The notes beneath the pieces were generated by a model that worked only from the letters and a program-made list of their open reading frames with translations, searched no databases and was not told where the DNA came from. Below, one piece after another: positions 26,414 to 34,814 of a DNA stretch of 64,000 nucleotides. This DNA comes from an uncultured Bacteroidales bacterium. GTDB taxonomy: Bacteria; Bacteroidota; Bacteroidia; Bacteroidales; Paludibacteraceae. The DNA lies in NCBI GenBank assembly GCA_902765485.1, contig CACWZZ010000016.1:41991-105990 (forward strand), read 5' to 3'. Position numbers and translations under genes: made by a program. The first letter of the stretch is position 1. Every line of letters begins with the position of its first letter.

Positions 26414-27571
26414 TTATTTCAAGTTCTTACCAAAGAATTCAGCCAACGTGTCCCACGGAATGAGATTCTTTGACTCGCCATGTCCGGCAGGACCTGTAAA
26501 TCCACCATCATAGAGGTCGCAATGCGAGGCTCCGGGAATGATAAGCAGTTCTTTGTTCTCCGGCACTGGATTCGGAGCTACGACAGTTTTGTATCCTTCC
26601 GCCTTGCCGTCCACCATGTAATGGTACGCCGCTTCGCCGAAATAACGGCTGTGCGCCTTTTCGCCGTGCATGATCAGAACCGCGGAACGGATCTCGTTGA
26701 TGTAATAGAGGAAACGGCTGTTGGCGTACGCCTGCGTACCGATGACGCGCCAGCCGTCGTTGGAATTACCGCTGCGGGGATGATAGCCGCGCTCGGTCTT
26801 GTAGTAGTCGTAGTAATCCTTGACGAACTGCGGCGCATCGTCCGGCAGCGGGTCTATCACACCTCCTGCCATGGCTGCGGGGTCTTTCAGACGCTGTGCA
26901 GCCAGAGCTTCACGGGCTGCATGACGGCTTTCTTCTTTGTCCTCGGAATCGAAATAACCGTTTCCGGCGACACGGGTCATGTCATACATCGTGGAAGCCA
27001 CGGTAGCCTTGATACGTGTGTCAGCCGCAGCGGCGTTGAGCGCTATTCCGCCCCATCCGCATATACCGATGATACCAATACGGTTGGCGTCCACTTCCGG
27101 CTGTTTGGACAGAAAATCCACTGCCGCCATGAAATCTTCGGTGTTGATATCCGGCGAAGCCGTTCTGCGGGGTTCGCCGCTACTCTCGCCGGTGAAGGAA
27201 GGGTCAAAAGCAAGGGCAATAAATCCGCACTCCGCCATCTTCATGGCATAGAGACCCGAACTCTGCTCCTTGACTGCGCCGAAAGGACCGGACACCGCGA
27301 TAGCGGCACACTTGGTACTTGGTACTTCTAATCTCCCTTCGGTAGAACGATCTGCTTCGCCGTATGGGTTACTTAGTCCCTTCGGTTGGTATAAATCGCC
27401 GACGAGAGTAATGCCGTATTGGTTCTCAAACGTCACTTTCTTGTGGGTCACTTTTTCGGACAGCGGGAAGGTTTTATCCCATTCTTGAGTCAGTTGCATA
27501 GTTTGTTCATTGGGTTTGTTGCAGCCGATAAGCATAAGCGCAGCTGCAAGGAGTGTGAATAGTTTTCTCAT
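26414..27571 (-). CDS. alpha/beta hydrolase lipoprotein
   Basis: Lipobox LIGC; GICGWGG nucleophile-elbow-like motif; overall alpha/beta fold pattern. Confidence 0.75.
   Translation of the reverse strand: MRKLFTLLAAALMLIGCNKPNEQTMQLTQEWDKTFPLSEKVTHKKVTFENQYGITLVGDLYQPKGLSNPYGEADRSTEGRLEVPSTKCAAIAVSGPFGAVKEQSSGLYAMKMAECGFIALAFDPSFTGESSGEPRRTASPDINTEDFMAAVDFLSKQPEVDANRIGIIGICGWGGIALNAAAADTRIKATVASTMYDMTRVAGNGYFDSEDKEESRHAAREALAAQRLKDPAAMAGGVIDPLPDDAPQFVKDYYDYYKTERGYHPRSGNSNDGWRVIGTQAYANSRFLYYINEIRSAVLIMHGEKAHSRYFGEAAYHYMVDGKAEGYKTVVAPNPVPENKELLIIPGASHCDLYDGGFTGPAGHGESKNLIPWDTLAEFFGKNLK
27311..27388. repeat. low-complexity heptamer-type insertion in the hydrolase CDS
   Basis: Begins with the 17-mer shared with 16718-16734; internal TCCCTTCGG duplicated; encodes GLSNPYGEADRSTEGRLEVPSTK. 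Confidence 0.6.
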
Positions 27572-28083
27572 AACTTTGCTACCAAATCAATGATTTTCTG
27601 CTTGGTGGCATCGGTCTTCTGCTCGTCAATCTTGGCGGTTACGACGCCTGTGTTCTCTGCGTGCCAGTAGTTGCAGATGTCGCGGAACTCAGCTTTGGCT
27701 CCGTCATAGACGTTCGGCGAATAAGAGGAGCAGAGAAGTGCCATCTTCTTTACCTTAGCCGGTGCATTGACGCAGTACATTCGTTGAATAGGCGCTTGGA
27801 TCTGTGCGCAGAGGGTGAAATAATAGATCGGGGCAGCGAGTACCAGCACTTCTGCCTCTGCCATCAGCGGATAAAGCTCCTGCATGTCGTCTTTCTGGAT
27901 GCACGCACCGTTGCCTTTTCCGTGACAGTACTCGCACGCCAGACAGCCTGCGATATGTTTGCGCGACACATTGACGAGGGTTACCTTGTGACCAGCAGCC
28001 TCAGCTGCGTTCTTGTACTCTTCCGCCATCCAGGCGGTGTTGCCGTTCGCTCTCGGCGAAGCTTGAAGAATGAGGATGTTCAT
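27568..28083 (-). CDS. flavodoxin-like / iron-sulfur flavoprotein family protein
   Basis: MNILILQASPRANGNT ... CLACEYC ... APIYYF motifs; ATGA overlap with the next gene. Confidence 0.75.
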   Translation of the reverse strand: MNILILQASPRANGNTAWMAEEYKNAAEAAGHKVTLVNVSRKHIAGCLACEYCHGKGNGACIQKDDMQELYPLMAEAEVLVLAAPIYYFTLCAQIQAPIQRMYCVNAPAKVKKMALLCSSYSPNVYDGAKAEFRDICNYWHAENTGVVTAKIDEQKTDATKQKIIDLVAKL

Positions 28084-28123
28084 ATTGTTTGAAATAGTTT
28101 GATGTGTTTGCATAATTCGGGTG

Positions 28124-28131
28124 CAAAGGTA
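28124..28131 (-). promoter_or_regulatory. -7 promoter box (TACCTTTG on minus strand)
   Basis: Only recognisable promoter ahead of the eight-gene cluster 28083-19225. Confidence 0.55.
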
Positions 28132-28240
28132 CTACTTTTTTTTGAAATATACAAACACAAATTGCTGTTTTATTTGCACAAATTGCAGAAAAGTTTGCCT
28201 GATTTCCTGTAATTGCCGATTATTAAGAATCTTATTACAA

Positions 28241-29419
28241 TTAATATACAAAGCCGAACATCCAAAGTGGAATGATATTGCCTATTGCACGCTCCACATC
28301 ATCCTTCACTATAAACCCTTTCCCTTGTGGCACAGAGACTATTTGGGCTTGACCTTTTTTCCGTCCGCCGACCTCAAAAACATATTCTTCCACCTCAAAA
28401 TCAGCCACTTTGGAGGATGAGATAAAATATCTCTCTTGCAGCCATGCAAAGAAAATTGTCTCCCGGATATTGCCTATGTCTGCGTTATTGGGAGAGAGCG
28501 CATAGGCAAAATTGGGATTTTGCAGGTATATTTTCTCCACCTTTTCCAGAATCTTCATGCCTGCCGCTTTCTCGCGCAACGTAGCAATCAGCCCTGCCTT
28601 TTCCAAATACAACATGTATTGTGGCAAGGTATTCCGGCGGATATCCAAATCAGCCGATAACTTGGAGTAATTAGGTTTGAAAGGCACGCTTTGCGAGAGC
28701 ACATACATCAGTTTGCGCAACTTCTGCACCGAAGCAATCTCCATCTCCGCAAAAATAGGAATGTCTGTTTCTATCGTTTGCTTGATTATACCTTGTATCC
28801 TCAGATGATAATGATCTTCTTGGAAGAAAGGAAAGTAGCCTTCGTGCAAATACTGCGAGAACAACTGTAATGGGCGCAAATCCTTATACGGGAACTGCAC
28901 TTTGCCTGCCAATATGTCTTCCAAACTATATGCCGGAAGATTCAGTCCCTGCGAGATATTCACATATTCGCGGAATGAAAGCCCGGGCAGTTTGTACTCA
29001 ATCTTTCTGCGTGACAAATCGGCTCCGCCTTTCTCCAAGTCCAAGATGGAAGAGCCGGTATAAACCACATGCAGTTCCGGAAACTTGTCATAGATATTCT
29101 TGATCTCTTGTGACCATCCTTTGTATTTATGGATTTCGTCAATATACAGATATTTGCCTCCCTGTTGGTAGAATTGCTGCGCCAAACCGACTAAGGTATT
29201 TCGTGAGAAATACAAATCATCGGCAGTCACATACAAAGAGGACGGAACGGCATCGTTCAGTTTGATATGCTGCAACAGCAAAGTGGTCTTACCCACGCCT
29301 CGCGTACCCAGAATGGCAATCAGGCGGCTGTTCCAGTCGATCTCGTCATGCAGATAGCGAACAAAGCGCGTATCTACTCTGTCAATTAAGTCTCTGAATG
29401 ACAATAACAACTCTTCCAT
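28241..29419 (-). CDS. AAA+ ATPase with DUF4143-like C-terminal domain
   Basis: Walker A GTRGVGKTTLL, Walker B YLYIDEIH. Confidence 0.8.
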   Translation of the reverse strand: MEELLLSFRDLIDRVDTRFVRYLHDEIDWNSRLIAILGTRGVGKTTLLLQHIKLNDAVPSSLYVTADDLYFSRNTLVGLAQQFYQQGGKYLYIDEIHKYKGWSQEIKNIYDKFPELHVVYTGSSILDLEKGGADLSRRKIEYKLPGLSFREYVNISQGLNLPAYSLEDILAGKVQFPYKDLRPLQLFSQYLHEGYFPFFQEDHYHLRIQGIIKQTIETDIPIFAEMEIASVQKLRKLMYVLSQSVPFKPNYSKLSADLDIRRNTLPQYMLYLEKAGLIATLREKAAGMKILEKVEKIYLQNPNFAYALSPNNADIGNIRETIFFAWLQERYFISSSKVADFEVEEYVFEVGGRKKGQAQIVSVPQGKGFIVKDDVERAIGNIIPLWMFGFVY

Positions 29420-29585
29420 ATTGTGCTGTATTTAGATTGTTTTTTAGCATTGGCGTTGGCATTAATGGGGTCCCCGACACAAGCCGAAGCCGTGGGCTGT
29501 TTGTGGTGGGGAGAGCGTAGCGTAAGGCGAGTTTCCATTGAGCGGCAGAGCCGCGAGTCGTAACGAGCCTTAACGTAAGCGAGTG

Positions 29586-29593
29586 CAAAGGTA
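29586..29593 (-). promoter_or_regulatory. -7 promoter box (TACCTTTG on minus strand)
   Basis: TAnnTTTG match ~165 nt upstream of the ATPase start (long leader). Confidence 0.5.
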
Positions 29594-29966
29594 CAACTTT
29601 TTTCTGAATTGCGCAATAGAGTGAGCAATTTTTATGTATTTTTGTGCAATTTAGTGTGCATTTTTGTTCCGATGGCTTATATCTTTCGAGTTCTAATTAC
29701 TTGATACTGTCTATAAATTGTGCCAATATACAGATTAGGACAGGACCATCACGGGACCATGGTCCGAGAACGATTTCAGAAAAGTACAATCAAAACAAAA
29801 GCGACGCGTATTCAGGCAACCTCCCAAATGTTTCCGATTATTAAGATATGGGCGTTATACCAAAGTCAGCCCAAAGGCAGCATAAGGTCTGCTGATAAAG
29901 GGGTATTTGAACCGACATTGGACCGAGATAGGAAGGTAATTGGTTCGGTAATGGATAACTAATCAC

Positions 29967-30242
29967 TAAGAATATACAAGAATAACTAACGGTTTATCCG
30001 CCAAACTTGGCGGATGCAATAAAAAAATAACATGGCAGAAATGGCAAAAGTGGCAAAAAAATGATATTGCACTATTTGCACTATTTGCACTTTGATGAGC
30101 GAAAGTGCAAAAAGTGCAGAAAGTGCAAGACAAAAAAAATATATGACCGGATTGACCGAATTGACCGTTTGGGGTGAAACGGTCAAAAAGGTCAAAACGG
30201 TCAGAAAAAAAATGAATGTCAGTTTTGCCAGTTTTGCCAGTC
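29967..30242. repeat. composite 9-mer word module, copy B (inverted relative to 2205-2500)
   Basis: Its reverse complement reproduces all six 9-mer blocks in the same order, with a different hairpin (29997-30014) at the homologous position. Confidence 0.85.
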
Positions 30243-30295
30243 AAAAATTATCCAAAATTGCCCAAAATTAGAATAATTCTGTTATCAGGAGCGCT

Positions 30296-30418
30296 GTCAA
30301 CAAATTTAGTACAACTGTAAACTCTTTTAGGAAAGTGTAAACAGATTCCAGAAAAGTGACAAGTAATTTAGTTAAAATAAGTAAAAAACTGTCAACACTA
30401 TTTAGGAAAAGTCAGTTG
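30296..30418. repeat. iteron-like ~20-bp repeat array, copy B (direct relative to 2121-2203)
   Basis: 82/83 identity to 2121-2203, plus a further unit sharing TATTTAGGAAAAGTCA with 2068-2083. Confidence 0.85.
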
Positions 30419-30419
30419 T

Positions 30420-30821
30420 TTACTTATACAATACAAATGTCATAGCCTCTTGTTCCGGCATAGCGGTTATCGTGATAGCTATCGAATTCTTCTCTGCATT
30501 ATAGATGCCGTGATAGATTTCCTCTCCGGCCATATTCGTACCGTTTGCAGCCTTGATACAGATATCTTTGCCCGTCATATCCCACACCAAAAGATCACGT
30601 TTGGTGGGCTCAGTTGCCGGCGGAACCAGACTTTCATAGGTACATTTGAAGTTGGTGTGAAACGTGAACTGGGTATAAGCTGTCTTCTCATTTTCGGTAA
30701 CGGTGCAGCGATAAGTGTGACCTGCGATCGGCTGTGTGGCAGGATCGGCCTTCTTCTCACACGAAGTGAAACCCATTGTTACAGCGCAAAGCGCCATCAT
30801 TGCTACTAAAAACTTTTTCAT
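30420..30821 (-). CDS. lipoprotein, unknown function (133 aa)
   Basis: Signal plus lipobox MGFTSC. Confidence 0.6.
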   Translation of the reverse strand: MKKFLVAMMALCAVTMGFTSCEKKADPATQPIAGHTYRCTVTENEKTAYTQFTFHTNFKCTYESLVPPATEPTKRDLLVWDMTGKDICIKAANGTNMAGEEIYHGIYNAEKNSIAITITAMPEQEAMTFVLYK

Positions 30822-30854
30822 AATGATTGTTGTTTTATAGAGTTAATAAATCGA

Positions 30855-31256
30855 TTATTCATTCGGATTTTTGAGATTCAAAGTCAACGGCTTGTTTTTC
30901 TCACCTGTCTTTACCTTGAGAGGTTCAAAAGCTAAGCAATCATCGTTGGCATCAAAAACAGCAAAGTAAACTGTGATCGTTTCGTCAGCACCCACACTGC
31001 TCGGTGCAAAATCATCCGGCGATTTGAGCTCGAAATGAGCTACGCCGGCTGCGTTGGTCTTGACGGGAGCGTCTTTGTAATTCTGCTTGTAATACCCACC
31101 TCCCATATCGCCGTGAGCTACTGCCTTATAAACCTCGACTCCAGCCTGAGTCTTGCCGTCCTTCATCACTGTGACATCTACAGTTGCTTCCGTCTTAAAG
31201 CAACTGGTCATTACTACGGCTACCAAAGCCGCCAAAAGAATTTGAAACTTTTTCAT
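30855..31256 (-). CDS. lipoprotein, unknown function (133 aa)
   Basis: MKKFQILLAALVAVVMTSC from the ATG at 31256; the longer ORF-track model runs over the promoter. Confidence 0.6.
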   Translation of the reverse strand: MKKFQILLAALVAVVMTSCFKTEATVDVTVMKDGKTQAGVEVYKAVAHGDMGGGYYKQNYKDAPVKTNAAGVAHFELKSPDDFAPSSVGADETITVYFAVFDANDDCLAFEPLKVKTGEKNKPLTLNLKNPNE

Positions 31257-31300
31257 ATCAATTAGTTTTTGAGTTAATAGATTTGTCCTAAATCCGAGTG

Positions 31301-31308
31301 CAAAGGTA
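31301..31308 (-). promoter_or_regulatory. -7 promoter box (TACCTTTG on minus strand)
   Basis: TAnnTTTG match 45 nt upstream of 31256. Confidence 0.55.
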
Positions 31309-31598
31309 CAACATTTTTTTGACATACACAAAAAAAATGTGCACTTCGCGAAAAAAGTACACAATTTTTTCAATATTAAGACGTTTTGTCCGATTATTTT
31401 ACCACTACCGGCTCGTATTTCGGTACAAGCGCCTTCATTACACTCCATCCGATCAGGTAAGTGTGTTCTGCTGATAGAAAGAACCAGCCTGCTCGGAGGT
31501 GAAGCAGGCAAGAAAAGGCGTTTTGCTATAGATTCTTGAAGATAAGGGGCATGGCTTCGGGGGCTAAGGGGTTGGTAGGAAGCCTAATCGCGATCTTT

Positions 31599-32198
31599 TT
31601 ATTTATAGGTCACAGTCTCGCTGAGCGGCTTGCGACTGAAATGATTTGCATGGGGCTGCACACCCTCTGCCGCATATCCGCAGGGCATGATAAAGGAGGG
31701 TTTATGGTTTGCCGGCAACTCAAACGCAGCTGCTACTTCTGCCGGGTCGAACCATTTGACCCAGCAGGTGCCCAAGCCCAATTCCGTAGCTTCGAGCATC
31801 ATGTGTGTACCGACGATCGAACAGTCCATATTACCGGAGCTCTCGCCGTCTTTGGTCCAAGCCAGTTCCGTGTCATAGCAAACGAGGAAGACGACGGGTG
31901 CATGGTATGCGCAACGGGTCAGTTCGTTGATCTTGGCGATCGCTTCGGGAGACTGCAACACGTAGATATGTTGCGGCTGCACATTCTTCGCCGTGGGCGC
32001 CAAACGTCCCGCTTCCAGAATAGAGTCGATCTTGGCTTGTTCCACCGGCGTTTGGGCATACTCGCGCACCGCAAAGCGTGCACGCGCCAGGTCCATAAAA
32101 CCGTTTGCCATTTGGTCATTTACCATTTGTTCATTTTGAGGAGCGCAGGCAACGAGCATTGCTGCTGCCATAAAACAGAATAATTTGATTGCTTTCAT
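31599..32198 (-). CDS. nitroreductase family protein
   Basis: RFAVREY, RLAPTAKNVQP, GLGTCWV motifs. Confidence 0.8.
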   Translation of the reverse strand: MKAIKLFCFMAAAMLVACAPQNEQMVNDQMANGFMDLARARFAVREYAQTPVEQAKIDSILEAGRLAPTAKNVQPQHIYVLQSPEAIAKINELTRCAYHAPVVFLVCYDTELAWTKDGESSGNMDCSIVGTHMMLEATELGLGTCWVKWFDPAEVAAAFELPANHKPSFIMPCGYAAEGVQPHANHFSRKPLSETVTYK

Positions 32199-32207
32199 AA
32201 TATCAAT

Positions 32208-32780
32208 TTATTTTATTTCTTGTCCTAGTAAATCGTACGTCTTTCCTTTGTATTGGATATAGACCTGTCCGTTCTCAATGACCTTTGTACATGGTTTTTC
32301 GTCACTTTGTACATTTGGCGTAAGGTCTGTAGTCACCGCTTTCTCAAAACGCACGGAGACATTGCCCGTTCCGAGGGCTTCCGCCAAGCCCGAAGGATCG
32401 TCAATCTTGCCTATACGTGTGTAGGAATAAGAGCTGCTGAACGTCTCGTAGAACAGCACCACGCAGTTATTGCCATACAGCATCAGGTCGCCTGCCTGAA
32501 TCGTGCCGGGCCGGTAGCTGTCAGTCGGCAGGGATGAGTTCAGATAGTGGTATTTCTCGTTGCCGTTCAGTTCGTTCATCGTCACCGTCATCGGCAGCAG
32601 TTGCGCAAAGGCATTGCCTGTCTCGCTGTCCGCCAGCGTGGCGGCAAAGGTCTTTGTTCCAACAATCACATTGATTGACATAGCGGTATTTTCGTCATAA
32701 TACGCCACAAGGGTTTTGGCAGACCCTGTGGTGATGATTGCGCATAGTGCGCAGAGGATAGCTGATATACGTCTCATCAT
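32208..32780 (-). CDS. secreted cyclophilin-like-fold protein with a conserved C-terminal tail
   Basis: LPMTVTMNELNGNEKYHYL...GDLMLYGNNCVVLFY pattern; tail KVIENGQVYIQYKGKTYDLLGQEIK. Confidence 0.6.
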   Translation of the reverse strand: MMRRISAILCALCAIITTGSAKTLVAYYDENTAMSINVIVGTKTFAATLADSETGNAFAQLLPMTVTMNELNGNEKYHYLNSSLPTDSYRPGTIQAGDLMLYGNNCVVLFYETFSSSYSYTRIGKIDDPSGLAEALGTGNVSVRFEKAVTTDLTPNVQSDEKPCTKVIENGQVYIQYKGKTYDLLGQEIK

Positions 32781-32783
32781 CGG

Positions 32784-33329
32784 TCAGATAGCTTTGCCCA
32801 TGTTGTATGCCTCTTGCAGTTTGGCGTTGCCGCTTATCTCGCGCGGGTCGTTGACGCCGCCGCAGAACACGTGCCCTTTGAGGCTGCATTTCTCGTAGCA
32901 ATCAATCCATCCTTGCAGACCGCTCTCAGCGCGTTCGGGTACAAACGGTTCGTCCTCTGCAGCCGTGGTCAGCAGATAGATGTCACGGAACTTATAATCC
33001 TTCGGATACATGGCGTTCATGCGGTCGATGAGAGTCTTCATCTGACCCGACATCTCGTAATAATAGATCGGCGTCGCCCAGCAGATAACATCCGCATTGA
33101 GCACGGATTCCATGATTGCCGGCACGTCGTCCTTGAAGACGCACGCGCCTGTCTCCTGACATTTGAGACAACCGATACAGAACTTGATTTCCTTGCCGCG
33201 AAGCGAGATCAACTCCACTTCATGTCCGGCACTCTTGGCACCTTCCGCAAACTGCTCCGCCAGCGCGTGGCTGTTCGACCCCGCGCGCAGCGAGGTGGAT
33301 AAAATAACGACTTTCATATTGTTCATCAA
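32784..33329 (-). CDS. flavodoxin-like NAD(P)H-dependent oxidoreductase
   Basis: MKVVILSTSLRAGSNS ... CIGCLKC ... ATPIYYYEMSGQMK. Confidence 0.75.
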   Translation of the reverse strand: MMNNMKVVILSTSLRAGSNSHALAEQFAEGAKSAGHEVELISLRGKEIKFCIGCLKCQETGACVFKDDVPAIMESVLNADVICWATPIYYYEMSGQMKTLIDRMNAMYPKDYKFRDIYLLTTAAEDEPFVPERAESGLQGWIDCYEKCSLKGHVFCGGVNDPREISGNAKLQEAYNMGKAI

Positions 33330-33335
33330 TTACAA

Positions 33336-33521
33336 TTAGACAAAGGGATCATAGCGTCCGTCTTCCTCGTCCTTGCGAGGGAGGATGAGCAGATCGCCGA
33401 CGAGCTCATGAAGCGCATTGTAAGTGGCGCATAGATCTTCTAATGAACGCATCTCGCGTGTGTTATTGCGCATCTCCTCCACTAAGGCGACGACACGCTC
33501 TGCTTTTTCTTGGTCTGTCAT
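33336..33521 (-). CDS. hypothetical protein (61 aa)
   Basis: ORF track; 12 nt downstream of the MORN/DUF1963 gene. Confidence 0.35.
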   Translation of the reverse strand: MTDQEKAERVVALVEEMRNNTREMRSLEDLCATYNALHELVGDLLILPRKDEEDGRYDPFV

Positions 33522-33533
33522 CTATTTATTGCA

Positions 33534-34658
33534 TCAGAACGAGTGCAGATAGCACGCGATGTTATTAAACTGTAGCTCTTTCAAATCCTTGGGTCGGATG
33601 AGGAAGTTGAGCGTGCCGCAGTCAAAGAAGTTGAGCTGCCATTCGTCCACTTCGTCGAGTTGCAGGAAATTGATGTACTCCGGCATTTCTTCCCGCACTT
33701 CGTCTATATACGGCATGCCGAGCAGACGAATGCCATCTTCGTATGGGTCGGCACCTTCTTTGAAAGTGACTTGCTCTTCCGGCAGACCATACAACTCCTG
33801 TTGACCGTCCCGCTCCACATAGACTGTATGCGTGTCCAAATGCACACAGGCCTGCGCATCATAGTACATCACATGGAAGTATTTCTGCTCCCACCGACCC
33901 ATGCCGGCGCATTCGGATTCGAGGTGTCCAAGGAAATAATCTATCTCAGCAAAGACATAGATCATTCCCGAATGGGGCAGGAGATTCATCGGGTCATGCG
34001 GTGCCAGTTCTTCGCATCGGATCTGGCAGACGAAGAACATCGGATCCTCGTATGTCTCTCCTTTCTCGTTTGTTATCACGATCATGGGGTATTCCACTCC
34101 TTGCGGCAGGTCGGGTTTACCGCCGAACTTACTATGTCCTGTCAAGTCCCGGTCGGTCTTTTCGTGGATAAGACGGATGGAAGTGTTGCCCGCATGTTTA
34201 ATCTTCTCCCTGACCACCTCCAGAGCCGTAGCGCGAGCACGCGCTATGTCGTTCTTATTGGGGTATTGGTCTTTGTAGTCGCGCTTGGGTTTGACAGGCA
34301 TGTCGTTCTCCCATGTCCCTTCCCAATAGATGCACCAGCCGCGCAGATAGCGTTCATACGAACCCGGTGCGTGAACCGGATGAATCAAACGTCCGCAGCT
34401 GTCGTAGTCGCCTTCGCTATACCATTCATACTGCGTTTTGGAGTTTGGGAAATAACTGTCGCGGCATAGATAGCCTTCACCATGCCGAACTCCATGCACA
34501 AACTCACCCTCATATTTAAGATCCCGCGCGTCCGCGTTCTCGCTTTTGTCCGCGACATAAACCATCGTTCCTTTGCCATGCGGCAGACCTTGTGCGTCCA
34601 CCGGACCCTCGTAAGTACAATAGATAAATTTCAGTTCGTTCATACTTATATCTCCCAT
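33534..34658 (-). CDS. MORN-repeat plus DUF1963 (YwqG-like) domain protein
   Basis: YEGEFVHGVRHGEGY (MORN); SKFGGKPDLPQGVEYP ... FFVCQI ... LNFL (DUF1963-like). Confidence 0.65.
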   Translation of the reverse strand: MGDISMNELKFIYCTYEGPVDAQGLPHGKGTMVYVADKSENADARDLKYEGEFVHGVRHGEGYLCRDSYFPNSKTQYEWYSEGDYDSCGRLIHPVHAPGSYERYLRGWCIYWEGTWENDMPVKPKRDYKDQYPNKNDIARARATALEVVREKIKHAGNTSIRLIHEKTDRDLTGHSKFGGKPDLPQGVEYPMIVITNEKGETYEDPMFFVCQIRCEELAPHDPMNLLPHSGMIYVFAEIDYFLGHLESECAGMGRWEQKYFHVMYYDAQACVHLDTHTVYVERDGQQELYGLPEEQVTFKEGADPYEDGIRLLGMPYIDEVREEMPEYINFLQLDEVDEWQLNFFDCGTLNFLIRPKDLKELQFNNIACYLHSF

Positions 34659-34765
34659 GTTAATTCCAATGAATAATCGTCACCGAATGCGCACGACCTG
34701 ATAGCCATAGAAACCGACGAGTTCTAATTTGTGGCTAAAATGAGTAGTACGGGATACCACACACC

Positions 34766-34799
34766 GTTGCCGCCCTTGCCCATACGGGGTCGGGCGGCA
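34766..34799 (-). terminator. GC-rich stem-loop after the MFS transporter gene
   Basis: TTGCCGCCC / GGGCGGCAA 9-bp stem; no clear U-tract. Confidence 0.45.
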
Positions 34800-34814
34800 A
34801 GGTCTATCGAACGA

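Noticed and set aside
29420-29585. Structured ncRNA or riboswitch in the ~165-nt leader of the AAA ATPase gene
   Set aside because: I saw only short imperfect stems and CGTAAG-type 11-nt repeats, with no match to any riboswitch core I know. There is not enough evidence to call a feature.
2500-29967. The 27.5-kb segment between the inverted 9-mer modules as a composite transposon or other mobile element
   Set aside because: The interior is housekeeping (aroC, tatAC, M49 peptidase, GT2) with the same composition as the rest of the core, and it has no integrase, transposase or conjugation genes. Only recombination-mediated inversion remains plausible.
31257-31511. 85-aa N-terminal extension of the lipoprotein ORF 30855-31511
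   Set aside because: The extension runs through the TAnnTTTG promoter box and A/T runs. MKKFQILLAALVAVVMTSC at 31256 is a complete lipoprotein signal.
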